Source: Candidatus Hodarchaeota archaeon (GTDB taxonomy: Archaea; Asgardarchaeota; Heimdallarchaeia; Hodarchaeales; Hodarchaeaceae). Taken from it: a stretch of 57,016 nt of DNA. The position numbers were made by a program, and so were the translations under genes. The notes beneath the pieces are model-generated. The model did not search any database and had not been told where the DNA came from. It saw nothing but the letters and a program-made list of their open reading frames with translations. Positions 10,305 to 20,758 of the stretch are shown in pieces. The stretch is taken from the NCBI GenBank assembly GCA_016840035.1, contig JAEOTC010000029.1, positions 1-57,016 of the forward strand, written 5' to 3'. How positions within the stretch are numbered: position 1 is the first letter of the stretch; each line of letters starts with the position of its first letter.

Positions 10305-11501
10305 CTATGACCGTTGTACTCTAGGATCAATAACACTGTAAAGCACCTCGGCAATAACTAATCCTAATAGAGTTAGTGCAGTGATAATGATGAACGAACC
10401 CTGAACAAGATTGTAATCACTATTTAAAAGAGCGGTATAAATTAAATCCCCTGTTCCAGGATAAGAAAAGATTTGTTCGACTAGAATAGAGCCTCCAATG
10501 ATACTTCCAAAACTCATTCCAATATCTGTGACTACTGGAAGCATTGCATTTCTCATACAATGACCATAAAGGACCTCATTTTCGTCTAAACCCTTTGAAA
10601 TTGCTGTTTGAACGTAATCTTCAGTCAATACACCAATAATATTTCCTCTCATAAACCATCCATAGGCTAATACTCCGTATATAGTTAAAACGAGTATTGG
10701 AAGAAGGGCATGATGGAAAATATTCTGTAGTGTTGCAATTGAACCTTGATCTTCAATACCTGGTGTTTTACCTCCCGAAATTGGAAACCATAAATGCAAA
10801 TCCCCGTCTGAAAAATTGAGTGATATTAGTGTGAGGATTAGGCCAAGTAACACAACCAACCCAATTTTACTGGAAAATGATCTATCGAATTGCATCTTCT
10901 CCTTGAATGTCTTTCCTTTTCGTCGGTAAATTAATATGAAAATTATAACTAGGACTACTAGAGAGTAAAATATGGGGTATGGAATTTTCCAATCATTCTT
11001 TTCCGGATGTGCTTGGTACCCCAGAAAATAGATGAAAAAAATCCCAGTGAAAAATAATGGAGTTGCGTTTAAAATGAGGGAAGAGGTTACAAAAGTCGCA
11101 TCTAGTTTAGATGCACGACGCCAACCGATATAAGCTCCGATTAACACACCGATAATTGTTGAAAGGATTGTTGAGGTTCCTAAGATGAGTAAAGTCCACG
11201 GGAGTCTTTCCAGGATCAAATCACTTACTGGCCGTCCATGTTCAAACGAATAACCAAGATCCCCTCGAAAGATATTACTTAGATAAATAATGAATTGTTC
11301 TGGAATTGATTTATCTAATCCCCATTTTTTGATTAATACTTCTTTTTGTTCGTCAGTTATCCCATGATGTCCTGCAGGAGCAAAAACATTGACCGGATCG
11401 TTTTCAATTGCCCGATATAGGAGAAATACAAATGTGAGAGCGACAAAGAATGCAAATGCTGCAAAAAGAATTCTCTTACCAATGAAACCTAATGTACCCA
11501 T
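10305..11501 (-). CDS. oppB: Oligopeptide ABC transporter permease (OppB/DppB type)
   Basis: GLDKS...GDLGYS...RLPWT, EDYVQTAISKGL, EQIFSYPGTG; contains an extra two-helix insertion. Confidence 0.9.
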   Translation of the reverse strand: MGTLGFIGKRILFAAFAFFVALTFVFLLYRAIENDPVNVFAPAGHHGITDEQKEVLIKKWGLDKSIPEQFIIYLSNIFRGDLGYSFEHGRPVSDLILERLPWTLLILGTSTILSTIIGVLIGAYIGWRRASKLDATFVTSSLILNATPLFFTGIFFIYFLGYQAHPEKNDWKIPYPIFYSLVVLVIIFILIYRRKGKTFKEKMQFDRSFSSKIGLVVLLGLILTLISLNFSDGDLHLWFPISGGKTPGIEDQGSIATLQNIFHHALLPILVLTIYGVLAYGWFMRGNIIGVLTEDYVQTAISKGLDENEVLYGHCMRNAMLPVVTDIGMSFGSIIGGSILVEQIFSYPGTGDLIYTALLNSDYNLVQGSFIIITALTLLGLVIAEVLYSVIDPRVQRS

Positions 11502-11703
11502 AATATCTCAACCAATAAGCTAGAATTTGTGTTTTTAACAAGTTTTTCCAAGTGTTTATTTATTAATCCTTTCTTGTATATGTAGTATTTACCATAACCT
11601 ATTGAATACTGTGATAATTTCTAAAAAGAACCCGCTGAACTTACTCTTTTTAGAACCAATCTTTAATTCTATACGAGAATTTCCAAACATTACTTTAGGA
11701 ATA

Positions 11704-11731
11704 AAAAAAAGATGACACATTAAAAAAAAAT
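11704..11731 (-). terminator. Oligo-T archaeal terminator after the substrate-binding protein gene
   Basis: Two long T runs on the minus strand within 50 nt of the oppA stop. Confidence 0.5.
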
Positions 11732-11752
11732 AGGGGAGGAAGAAATGAAAAC

Positions 11753-13603
11753 TCATTTCTTATTCCGTTTTCTTTTGATGTATAGAGCCAGAGCTGAACC
11801 GAAAATCACGCTGACAAGAGTAAATCCACTAGAAGACTCACCTGGGACTGTAAGTATCGATGTGAGAATAACTGTTGTTCCAGATATCACGGTTTCGATA
11901 TATGTTGTCTCGTACGTGGTTTCAGTGATTTCAGTTGTTGGTTCGGCGATGTAATGGAGGTTCATCCAAGAATAGTAATTATTGGGTCCCGTATTATAAT
12001 CCATTAACCAGCCAGTAAACTCATCTACTCGGTAACAGGCAATCGCTTCGGACCAAAATAGTGGTAGATATGGTAAACTCTCACCAACAATTTTCTGTGC
12101 ATCACTTAGTAGCTCTTTTGCGTAGGAATCGTTAGCCGTTGTCACTGCTACTGATAAATCACTAACAGCTGTTCGATTGGCACCGCTCCATCCAATCAGG
12201 TTGATACTATCAGAACCCCACCAGCCATTTACATCGAACATCCATTTCATCCAAGAAGGATGGTGATCTGACCAAAATTCAATCCAATCCATGAAAGCCC
12301 AGTCATAATCATAGAGTTGACTTCCAGTGCCACCCATCCGATCCCAGAGAGTGGTGAAAATTGTAGGGTCAAGATTAAGTTGCACACCTATATTTGACAT
12401 CATTGCCTGGATCAAGTAAGCAGCTCTTGTTGAAGTTTCCCAGGTAGATACCCATGAGTAGTCAAAAACAAGTGGTGTCCCATTATCGGTTGTTCGAAGA
12501 CCTTCACCTGTGGTGGTATTCCATGTACCTAACCAACCCATACCGTCTAGAATCTCATTCGCTCTGGAAACGTTGAAATCGTATTTACGAACATTAGGCT
12601 CAAAATATGGACCATAAGCCATTGACATTCCCGATGTAGCTACTTCTCCACGACCTTCAAATGCATATTCTATCAATTCAGAGATATTAATTGCATGCAT
12701 AACCGCCTGTCTGAATCTGAGTTCGTTGTTTGGATACCGATATTGATTCATTGCAAGATAAAGTATATCATCAATAAGTGCATGATGAGTATCGATATCT
12801 GGATCCAGTTCTGCGAGAGTGATAAGATCCCTTGGGGGGTTAACCAAATGATCTACTTCACCAGTCTGCAGTTGAAAGAATGCCGTTTCAATAGAGTGGA
12901 TCATTTTAATGACTTTTTCAGCTAGATGAGTTCCTCCTTCTTGAAGATGATAATCTTCAAATCGCGAAAAGCGCCAGAAGTCTCCTGGTACATGTTCCTC
13001 ATATACCCAAGGTCCACATCCAATAAGTTCTGTATTGGTGAAAGTTGTGGGCTCTACTTGGCTCCAAATATGCTCCGGTACAATCCACCAGAGACCAATC
13101 TCTGCAAAGACATCAGCATGAGCTACCACATAGGAAAATGTAAAACTGATTGCAGTAGAATTGACCACACTGATATCTGTTGTCCAGTCATAAATCCAAC
13201 TTCTCCTTGTCAATGTTTCATTAACATCAGCCCAATACAATTGATGTGTGAAGTTAACATCTGAAATTGTTAAAGGTGTTCCATCATGCCAAAAAACGTC
13301 TTCTGCTATAGCAAAAGTCCAAGTCATTCCATCAGGACTTATATCCCATCCAGTTGCAAGACCAGAATTCGGAAAGTACTGATAATTCATATCTTGTCTT
13401 ATAAGTGGTTCGTAAATATGATTCATGATTCCTAAATCATATGAGGTACTCCAATAGAAAGGATTGAGAGAGCTAACATCATCATGCCACACTACAGTCA
13501 AAGTCCCACCTTTTGGAATTTGGTTTGTAAATGCCTGAGTATTGAAAGACATAAATGAAAGAATGACGAGACAAGCCATCAAATTTAATTTTTTATTTTT
13601 CAT
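11753..13603 (-). CDS. oppA: Peptide ABC transporter substrate-binding protein (SBP family 5) with C-terminal anchor
   Basis: GGTL...SLNP, WHDGTPLTISDVNFT, IGCGPW; signal peptide; Thr-rich stalk followed by SSGF-TM-KRKRNKK. Confidence 0.9.
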   Translation of the reverse strand: MKNKKLNLMACLVILSFMSFNTQAFTNQIPKGGTLTVVWHDDVSSLNPFYWSTSYDLGIMNHIYEPLIRQDMNYQYFPNSGLATGWDISPDGMTWTFAIAEDVFWHDGTPLTISDVNFTHQLYWADVNETLTRRSWIYDWTTDISVVNSTAISFTFSYVVAHADVFAEIGLWWIVPEHIWSQVEPTTFTNTELIGCGPWVYEEHVPGDFWRFSRFEDYHLQEGGTHLAEKVIKMIHSIETAFFQLQTGEVDHLVNPPRDLITLAELDPDIDTHHALIDDILYLAMNQYRYPNNELRFRQAVMHAINISELIEYAFEGRGEVATSGMSMAYGPYFEPNVRKYDFNVSRANEILDGMGWLGTWNTTTGEGLRTTDNGTPLVFDYSWVSTWETSTRAAYLIQAMMSNIGVQLNLDPTIFTTLWDRMGGTGSQLYDYDWAFMDWIEFWSDHHPSWMKWMFDVNGWWGSDSINLIGWSGANRTAVSDLSVAVTTANDSYAKELLSDAQKIVGESLPYLPLFWSEAIACYRVDEFTGWLMDYNTGPNNYYSWMNLHYIAEPTTEITETTYETTYIETVISGTTVILTSILTVPGESSSGFTLVSVIFGSALALYIKRKRNKK

Positions 13604-13656
13604 TTTGTTTACTCCAATAGAGTCATATTTTTGAAAATTCTTTAGAAATTTAATTT

Positions 13657-13685
13657 TTTACAGGATTATTGGAAATCCCTGTAAA
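13657..13685. promoter_or_regulatory. Inverted repeat TTTACAGG-N13-CCTGTAAA between divergent oppA and the Lrp gene
   Basis: Perfect 8-bp arms read directly from the sequence. Confidence 0.45.
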
Positions 13686-13820
13686 GTAGGGGAAGACGAA
13701 ACTTAGAGAAAGTAAAAATTTTTAAACTTTTCGTTAGATTTTAGTTAGTACAACAATTCCATCAGCCATATTTTGTAGGAAATGCAAGAATATTAATTTT
13801 ACCAGAAGGTTAATCCTAAT

Positions 13821-14342
13821 ATGAAGGAGAAAGATCCGAAAAAACCACTAGCAAAAGATAAAGGGTCAAAAAATAAAAAAAATACCCCACAAGGGCTCGA
13901 TGATCTAGATATCTCAATAATAAAAGAATTACAAAAGGACTGTCGAACACCTGTTCAGCTTATTGCCCAAAATGTTGAGGCTCCTGCTTCAACCGTGCAT
14001 TATAGATTGAAGCGTCTAGATGAACAGAATTTTATTAAAGGATATTATGCGGCGATTAATGCTGAGAAAGTAGAAAAGGACTATCTTACGATCATGCAAG
14101 TTAGAGCGTCGTATGGAAAGAATTATCATAATGAGATCGGCAGCCAGTTATCAGATCTACCAGGTGTATGGGCTGTATATTTTCTGTTAGGAGAATGGGA
14201 TTTTCTAGTTCTTACACGATCCAAAGACCGAAATGAATATATGAAACTACTTGAAGTAGTGATGTCCATGCCCGGTATTGAGCGAACTTCATCACTTGTT
14301 GTTGTTAAATTAATAAAAGAAGATCCTCGTATTGAACTATAA
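13821..14342 (+). CDS. Lrp/AsnC family transcriptional regulator
   Basis: LDDLDISIIKELQKDCR HTH, STVHYRLKRL, C-terminal RAM domain (GEWDFLV). Confidence 0.93.
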   Translation: MKEKDPKKPLAKDKGSKNKKNTPQGLDDLDISIIKELQKDCRTPVQLIAQNVEAPASTVHYRLKRLDEQNFIKGYYAAINAEKVEKDYLTIMQVRASYGKNYHNEIGSQLSDLPGVWAVYFLLGEWDFLVLTRSKDRNEYMKLLEVVMSMPGIERTSSLVVVKLIKEDPRIEL

Positions 14343-14405
14343 CAAATCAAACAATTAATTTTGATTATTTTGCAATTAGAAGACATTTACCTTTTAAGTC
14401 TTTGA

Positions 14406-15161
14406 TCACTGAGATGTAAATCCTCCATCTACTACAAAAACTCCACCGGTAACAAAAGAAGAATCATCAGAAGCTAAGAAGAGTGCAGTTTTCGCAATCT
14501 CTTCTGGCAATCCAAATCTTCCGAGAGGATATGCACCAGTTCTGGTTTTTCTTACAATCTTGGGATCCCCTTGTTTTTCAATAACTCTTTGTAACATTGG
14601 AGTTTCTATTGCACCAGGACAGATGCAATTAACACGTATCTTATCAGGTGCAAGTTCAACAGCCAGTGATTTTGTTAATGCCACGATTCCACCTTTGGAA
14701 GCAGAATAGACAGGTGAAAAAGATCCAACCAAAGCTGCTGCTGAAGAATTATTGATTATTGCCCCTCCTCCCCTTTTTCTCATTTCGGGAATAGCATATT
14801 TAGTACAGAGGAAGACAGATTTGAGATTAACATTGATTGTTCGATCCCATTCTTCCTCACAAGTATCTTCTAATTTTTTTACCACTTCAACTCCTGCATT
14901 ATTGAACAAGATGTCTATTGTGTTGAATCCCCTTGATCTCTTAATCAGATATTTAACATCTTCGGTATTGGAGATATCGGTTTTTATAAACAGTGCGGAA
15001 CTTCCTGATTTCCGGATCCTTTCAATAACTTTCTCTCCTTTTTCAGAATCAATATCAGCTCCAATTATATTCGCCCCTTCCTGAGCAAAAAGCACTGCCG
15101 TCGCATGGCCAATCCCATGACTAATTCCTGTTATTAATGCAGTTCTTCCAGTTAATTTCAT
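14406..15161 (-). CDS. Short-chain dehydrogenase/reductase (classical SDR)
   Basis: TGISHGIG, NNAG, YSASK, NCICPG, VDGG. Confidence 0.93.
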   Translation of the reverse strand: MKLTGRTALITGISHGIGHATAVLFAQEGANIIGADIDSEKGEKVIERIRKSGSSALFIKTDISNTEDVKYLIKRSRGFNTIDILFNNAGVEVVKKLEDTCEEEWDRTINVNLKSVFLCTKYAIPEMRKRGGGAIINNSSAAALVGSFSPVYSASKGGIVALTKSLAVELAPDKIRVNCICPGAIETPMLQRVIEKQGDPKIVRKTRTGAYPLGRFGLPEEIAKTALFLASDDSSFVTGGVFVVDGGFTSQ

Positions 15162-15167
15162 CTATAC

Positions 15168-15992
15168 TTATTCTTCCTGTTCTGTCCAAAATTTTGCAAT
15201 TTCAATTGGTGTAGCAAACCAAACGTTTTCTTTGGATTTCATAAACTTGATCAGATTCCCAAGCATTTTAGCTCTTGAAGGAACCCCAATAATTTGAGGG
15301 TGCATTGCTAACATGAAATAAAGGCCCTCTTCATATACAGCTTCAAATTCATCAGCCCAAATCTCATAAACTTTTCTATGACTATTAATTCCGCTTTGAT
15401 ATTCTAAAGCAGGGAAATAATTAAATCCAAAAAAAGGCCAATCGTCCAACATCCACCGAATAGGAAGTTCTATTATATCACCAGTATTTGTTTGAATTTT
15501 AAAAGGGATATCATCACCCATCATACTTGTATCATAAACTAAATCAAATTTACTAAGAAGGTCAAGGGTATTTTCGCTCAAATCAGCGGCAGGAGCTCGG
15601 TAACCCTGTGGTTTAAGACCTGTTATTCTTCTCAAAGCTTCAATTCCTTTTTCCATTTCGAGGTTTTCCTCTGAACGAGAACAGTTTGCGGGATTTTTAT
15701 GAGAATAACCATGATGACCAATTTCATGACCCGCTTTGTGGATACTAGAGATTGTATTGGGATATAAATCTGCTACTTCACCTGGAATGAAAAAACCAGC
15801 CCTAATCTTATGTTTTTTGAGTAATTTTAGGATTCTGGGGACTCCAACTTTCGGCCCATATGTTCCCTGTGAGAGAACTACTGGATTATCCCGCGTAATA
15901 TTATTTCGTCGCAAGATATTCCTCCAAGAAATCTCTGCATCAAGATCAAAGGTCAAGCAAACTACACATTGAGCTCCATCTTTCCATTTCAA
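15168..15992 (-). CDS. CE4 polysaccharide deacetylase-family amidohydrolase (PuuE/HpPgdA-like)
   Basis: LTFDLDAE, YGPKVGVPRIL, HEIGHHGYSH, GYRAP, MHPQIIG. Confidence 0.88.
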   Translation of the reverse strand: MKWKDGAQCVVCLTFDLDAEISWRNILRRNNITRDNPVVLSQGTYGPKVGVPRILKLLKKHKIRAGFFIPGEVADLYPNTISSIHKAGHEIGHHGYSHKNPANCSRSEENLEMEKGIEALRRITGLKPQGYRAPAADLSENTLDLLSKFDLVYDTSMMGDDIPFKIQTNTGDIIELPIRWMLDDWPFFGFNYFPALEYQSGINSHRKVYEIWADEFEAVYEEGLYFMLAMHPQIIGVPSRAKMLGNLIKFMKSKENVWFATPIEIAKFWTEQEE

Positions 15993-15995
15993 TTT

Positions 15996-17291
15996 TTATT
16001 CACCTTTAACACCGCACCAATCTAATGTAGTGGCAGCAATAACCTTCGCAACATTTATAGTTGAATCTATGGTTACTCGTTCATCGAATGAATGAATTCT
16101 CTCTGCCCAAGGGCCATAGACAACAGCTGGTGTTCCATGATGTACAAAATACCTTGTATCTAGTCCAGCAGAGCCTCCTGAAAATGATGGTTCTGCATTC
16201 GTTATATTTAATGAATGGTGGGCAATCATCTTAACCAGTGGATCATTTCTATCTTGTTCGTGGGGGCGCGCTCGCCAACCAAACCATTCGATAAGGGGTT
16301 TATGTTCCTTCAACCAAGGATCAGTAGTAGTCGCTTCAAAAACAGCAGTCTCAATTTGAGAAATAACGGTTTCTCGGGATTCACCAGGTGGCCATCCTAC
16401 CCTGCATTCAATTGTACATGTTCCTGGAACCGTGGATGGCCAATCTCCAGCATTAATAACCCCTATATTAATTGTTGTAGCTCTACTTTTCATAATTGAA
16501 TGCTGTTCCACGAGTGGATAACGGATAGTCCTTTGTCGTGTTTCATTAAGATCCTTTAATGCATTTAAAATGGGAAGGGTCTTTAGAATAGCATTTTCTC
16601 CAAAATGAGCAGTCGCTGCATGAGCAGTAAGTCCTGGAACAGTAACTCTGAAATACATAACTCCTGCACTAGCGAGGCCTATTACGTAATTACTGGGTTC
16701 AGGGATAATAGCAGCATCTGGTTTAGGTTTAATCATTCGTAGATATAAATTACCTCCAACTCCACCATCTTCTTCTTCAATTGTAGTTTCTACAAATAAA
16801 TCTCCATTTAAAATTATATTAGTTTCTCTTAATGCCTCAACGACAATAAGAAGAGCTGCTACACCAGCTTTCATATCCCCTGCACCCCTTCCATAGATGT
16901 AATTTCCTTCTACCTCTCCACCCCATGGATCTTTCGTCCAAGTTTCCAATGGTTCCGCACTTACAACATCAACATGACCACTCAGACACATAGATGGTCC
17001 TTTTCCCTCTCCTTTAACGGAAGCAAAGACATTAGGCCTTTGTTCATACCCATACTTTGTAAATGAAGTTGTTTCGAAGAAATCTTCATGGTTTCTTAAT
17101 TTTTTAATATCAGGATAAACTAGCTCACTCTCCATTCCTAGTGACTTGAGTTTTTTATGTAAAAATTGCTGTATATCTTTCTCTTCACCAGTAATACTAG
17201 GGATTTTTACTAAATCTTGAGTACATCGGATTAATGAATCACTGTTATCTTCTATCCATTTTAGTACATTATCTCTTTCTGAACTCATCAA
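15996..17291 (-). CDS. M20 ArgE/DapE-family deacylase
   Basis: SGHVDVV, GRGAGDMKAG, IEEE, IPEP, IHSFDE. Confidence 0.9.
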   Translation of the reverse strand: MMSSERDNVLKWIEDNSDSLIRCTQDLVKIPSITGEEKDIQQFLHKKLKSLGMESELVYPDIKKLRNHEDFFETTSFTKYGYEQRPNVFASVKGEGKGPSMCLSGHVDVVSAEPLETWTKDPWGGEVEGNYIYGRGAGDMKAGVAALLIVVEALRETNIILNGDLFVETTIEEEDGGVGGNLYLRMIKPKPDAAIIPEPSNYVIGLASAGVMYFRVTVPGLTAHAATAHFGENAILKTLPILNALKDLNETRQRTIRYPLVEQHSIMKSRATTINIGVINAGDWPSTVPGTCTIECRVGWPPGESRETVISQIETAVFEATTTDPWLKEHKPLIEWFGWRARPHEQDRNDPLVKMIAHHSLNITNAEPSFSGGSAGLDTRYFVHHGTPAVVYGPWAERIHSFDERVTIDSTINVAKVIAATTLDWCGVKGE

Positions 17292-17354
17292 ATATTTCCT
17301 CTATCAAATATTCCTTTACTCGATATAAAACTGAAATAATTCTTCCTTCTTTAA

Positions 17355-18419
17355 TTAGAAATCGTATTTTTCAAATTTTTTTCCATTATATGTCTTATGG
17401 GTTAATTCAATGTACCTATCTCCAGGGTATGCCGTCCACGACCATATAGTCCCATAGGGAACTTCCTGATCACTGAGAAAATATGAATTATCTTGACATA
17501 CCCCAATTTTAGATTCCAATTTATCTGATAACACTTCTTGAACATGAGATTTTGAGATTTCAGTATTTGATTGTGAATTAAACCAATTCTTGATCAAATT
17601 TAATCTAGGGACGCTAGTGATAGACCTTAATTCTTTGTTTTCATAAATCATGGTTTCTTGAGATCGAAAGTGATTTGTTACCACCGCAAATCCAGCTTCT
17701 GTTTTATCCACAACCATGACTCGCTTTGGAGTGGCTTCAACGTATGTGATTGCATCTGTCGAATCAGCAAGTAGATAATTATTCCCTCGGAAATGTGGTA
17801 CTCTTCGTAAAAAAGAGGTAGCTTCACTCACATTCCGACAGGTATCAAGAATCCATCTGACCACATAATGTAAAGCAACCCCTGCTGCATCTTCTGTATA
17901 GCCACGAATCGCAGTTACCGCAATAGCTAGACCTGATTCATTCAAACCTCCATATCGACCTACAAATAGATCGGTACCTGAAATACTTGCTAAGGCTTCT
18001 TCAGGATAACTTTTCCATAAAACAGAAAATTCAGCTACCCATTTATCCCAGTCATAATTCCTACAGAAAATCGTCCTCGCATTTTTTGTGAATCTCTTTG
18101 AAATGGCAAATATACTGCAACCCAATTGTGGATATTTTGTCAACGCAAGGGAAAATGCTCTCAAATGAGTATCATCATAATTGCCACCCTCGATTATTCC
18201 ATTCAACTCATCAATTAAATTTGGAGTATACTGCTTAACAGCCTTTTCACACTGATCAGCTAGTTTTAATCGGTCTTCAGTAAGAACAGGTGGAGAATAT
18301 CCAGATTGACGCAAATCTTTCCCCAGCGCAACTCCATTTTCATAATAATCTCCTTCAAATTTCCTTATTAACATATTCAGAGTTCCTGTTCTGCTTAAAT
18401 TCTGTCGATTTTCAGTCAA
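17355..18419 (-). CDS. C45-family Ntn hydrolase/acyltransferase (autoproteolytic)
   Basis: G|CS autocleavage site, RNYDW, GLNESGLA, TNHF. Confidence 0.85.
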   Translation of the reverse strand: MTENRQNLSRTGTLNMLIRKFEGDYYENGVALGKDLRQSGYSPPVLTEDRLKLADQCEKAVKQYTPNLIDELNGIIEGGNYDDTHLRAFSLALTKYPQLGCSIFAISKRFTKNARTIFCRNYDWDKWVAEFSVLWKSYPEEALASISGTDLFVGRYGGLNESGLAIAVTAIRGYTEDAAGVALHYVVRWILDTCRNVSEATSFLRRVPHFRGNNYLLADSTDAITYVEATPKRVMVVDKTEAGFAVVTNHFRSQETMIYENKELRSITSVPRLNLIKNWFNSQSNTEISKSHVQEVLSDKLESKIGVCQDNSYFLSDQEVPYGTIWSWTAYPGDRYIELTHKTYNGKKFEKYDF

Positions 18420-19299
18420 ACTCCCTGATATTCTTTTGTAGGGTCAGTTTGCCTAATTTTTTAAAAATCTCCCCGTCTGGTAAATTATTATATGGAGGAA
18501 ATTTACCTTCTATTGGTGAGTCTCTGAAGCTTTTCCAGAGGGGATTCAATCCATAGAATCCATGTTGACGTACCCAGCTTACTTTCTCAAAATCAATTAT
18601 TTCTGTCAGAATTTTCTCTTTTGAATCAGCTTTTTGAAGGACACGGCCTTCTGGGTCTACAAAAATTGATTCTCCTCCTCCTTGAGGACAAACAGCGTTG
18701 ATATTCAGAAAGTAACATTGAAACATAATAGCATGAGCTTGTGGAAGAATAACCTCTGCTGGACGGTCGGAAGTGCATGTAAGTGATGGTTGAAGTATAA
18801 CTTCAGCTCCCATCCAAGTAAGAGTCCTGAAAATTTCAGGAAACCATAAATCGTAGCAGATTACTATCCCAATGCGGCCAATATCGGGGATATCAAAAGT
18901 AACAAATTCCTCTCCCCAATCAATTTTCTCATGAGGCATCCAAGGGAATATTTTTCGATATTTCGCAACAATTTTCCCATCTGGATTGAACACAATAGAG
19001 GTATTAAAAATCTTAGATCCATCTTTTTCCATAAAAGATCCAGGTAATATCCAACATTCAAGACTTTTGGCTAATTCGGAAATTTTATCGGTAGTATCAT
19101 TAGGAATAGGTAGTGCAGACGTTTTATATCCATCTAGACCGTAATGTTGGAGAAATAGTTCCCCAGTAAATATCAAATCAACCCAAGGATAACTTTTTTT
19201 TTGTATACGGGCAATCTTCATGAATTTCTTGAGATTATTATCTTCATTGACATAATCTTTTTCCAGCTGAAGTCCAGCAATACCTAATTTCCTTGACAA
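18412..19299 (-). CDS. Carbon-nitrogen hydrolase (nitrilase/amidase superfamily)
   Basis: Catalytic E (TGELF), K (YRKIFP) and C (ICYDLWFPE). Confidence 0.9.
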   Translation of the reverse strand: MSRKLGIAGLQLEKDYVNEDNNLKKFMKIARIQKKSYPWVDLIFTGELFLQHYGLDGYKTSALPIPNDTTDKISELAKSLECWILPGSFMEKDGSKIFNTSIVFNPDGKIVAKYRKIFPWMPHEKIDWGEEFVTFDIPDIGRIGIVICYDLWFPEIFRTLTWMGAEVILQPSLTCTSDRPAEVILPQAHAIMFQCYFLNINAVCPQGGGESIFVDPEGRVLQKADSKEKILTEIIDFEKVSWVRQHGFYGLNPLWKSFRDSPIEGKFPPYNNLPDGEIFKKLGKLTLQKNIREFD

Positions 19300-19312
19300 A
19301 CTCTATCACCGG

Positions 19313-20608
19313 CTAGAGTTGTTTTAATATTTCTTCCATTTTTACTAGAACTGTACTGGCTTGTTGTTCTGTGATACATAGAGGTGGTTGTAATCGAAGA
19401 ACGTTGGTATGAATTCCACCCAAACCAATAATAATTCCATTCTTTAGTAATAATGAAACAGCTTCTTTAGCTTTTTTAACAGCCGGTTCTTTGGTAGATC
19501 TGTTTTTAACCAATTCTATACCAATCATCAAGCCTAATCCACGTACATCTCCGATGATGTCAAATTTCTGCTGATACTCTTTGAGTTGGGTTAAGAAGAA
19601 TTTGCCAACTTTTGCAGAATTTTCGATCAATCCTTCATCCTGAAGTAGATTGATGTTTTCTAATGCAACCGCACTACTAACGGGGTTACCACCGTACGTT
19701 GAAAAGAAATCTCCCGCTTCTACACAGTTTGCAATATCCGAATTAGCTATTACAGCACCTATAGGCATACCACCTCCTAATCCTTTTGCCATAGTGACCA
19801 GATCGGGTTTTAGATCCCAATGTTCGAAAGAAAACATTTTACCTGTTCGTCCAAACCCACTCTGTACCTCATCTGCAATGAATGGGATCTGATAATCAGC
19901 TAAGATCTTCTGTAACTTCTTATAGTAACCTGCAGGAGGTACGATAATGCCTCCTTCTCCTAAGACGGGTTCCATAATAAAAGCAGCAACATCTCCAGCA
20001 GTGTGTCGATTTATAGTATCCTCCACTCTTTCAGCAGTCTCTTCCGCACATTCTTCCTCAGAGAGCCGTGACCTATAACAATATGGAACCGGGGCGTGAA
20101 CAACCCCAGGTGTATTTGCATAGGATCCAAATCCCTTTTTATATTTAGCTTGCCCAGTTAAACTAAATGCAACACCTAATCTGCCATGAAAAGAACACTC
20201 AAGCGCAATTAATGCAGCTCCAGTCTTTCCCCTCGAAAACGCGTATTTTTTAACTAATTTAACAGCGTTATCAACGGCTTCAGTTCCACTGTTACATAGA
20301 TAGGTGTGCTGAAGATTCGCTGGTGTGATTTTAGCCAATTTTTCTACCAATAGCGTTTGGGGAACATTAAAGAAAACCCCAGAAGTGTGAACAAGCTTAG
20401 ACATTTGTTTAGTTGCAGCAGCTACTAATCTCTCTGGAGCATGTCCTGCATTAGTGACGGCTATGCCAGCAAAACAATCAATATACTCCTTACCCTCCAT
20501 ATCCTTAAGAACTGCACCTTTTCCTTCTGTTAATACGACTTCTTTCCGAGTATACCCCTGTAAATAGTATTGTTTATCTTTTTTAATAATCTCATCGGAT
20601 TTTACCAT
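19313..20608 (-). CDS. Class-III PLP aminotransferase (omega/beta-amino acid or acetylornithine type)
   Basis: NSGTEA, SFHGR, FIADEVQSGFGRTG, MAKGLGGG, STYGGNP; start placed at ATG 20608 behind GGAGA. Confidence 0.9.
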   Translation of the reverse strand: MVKSDEIIKKDKQYYLQGYTRKEVVLTEGKGAVLKDMEGKEYIDCFAGIAVTNAGHAPERLVAAATKQMSKLVHTSGVFFNVPQTLLVEKLAKITPANLQHTYLCNSGTEAVDNAVKLVKKYAFSRGKTGAALIALECSFHGRLGVAFSLTGQAKYKKGFGSYANTPGVVHAPVPYCYRSRLSEEECAEETAERVEDTINRHTAGDVAAFIMEPVLGEGGIIVPPAGYYKKLQKILADYQIPFIADEVQSGFGRTGKMFSFEHWDLKPDLVTMAKGLGGGMPIGAVIANSDIANCVEAGDFFSTYGGNPVSSAVALENINLLQDEGLIENSAKVGKFFLTQLKEYQQKFDIIGDVRGLGLMIGIELVKNRSTKEPAVKKAKEAVSLLLKNGIIIGLGGIHTNVLRLQPPLCITEQQASTVLVKMEEILKQL

Positions 20609-20758
20609 ACTTATATCTCCTAAGATATATTGATAATGGTTTTTCAAAGTTGATCAGAAATACCTAGATATTCTCTAAAAAAACTTTTATATTTTGCGTT
20701 TTTTCATAACAATACATTATCCACTTCATTTTTTCTTCAAAACTAAGGAGTAATACTC

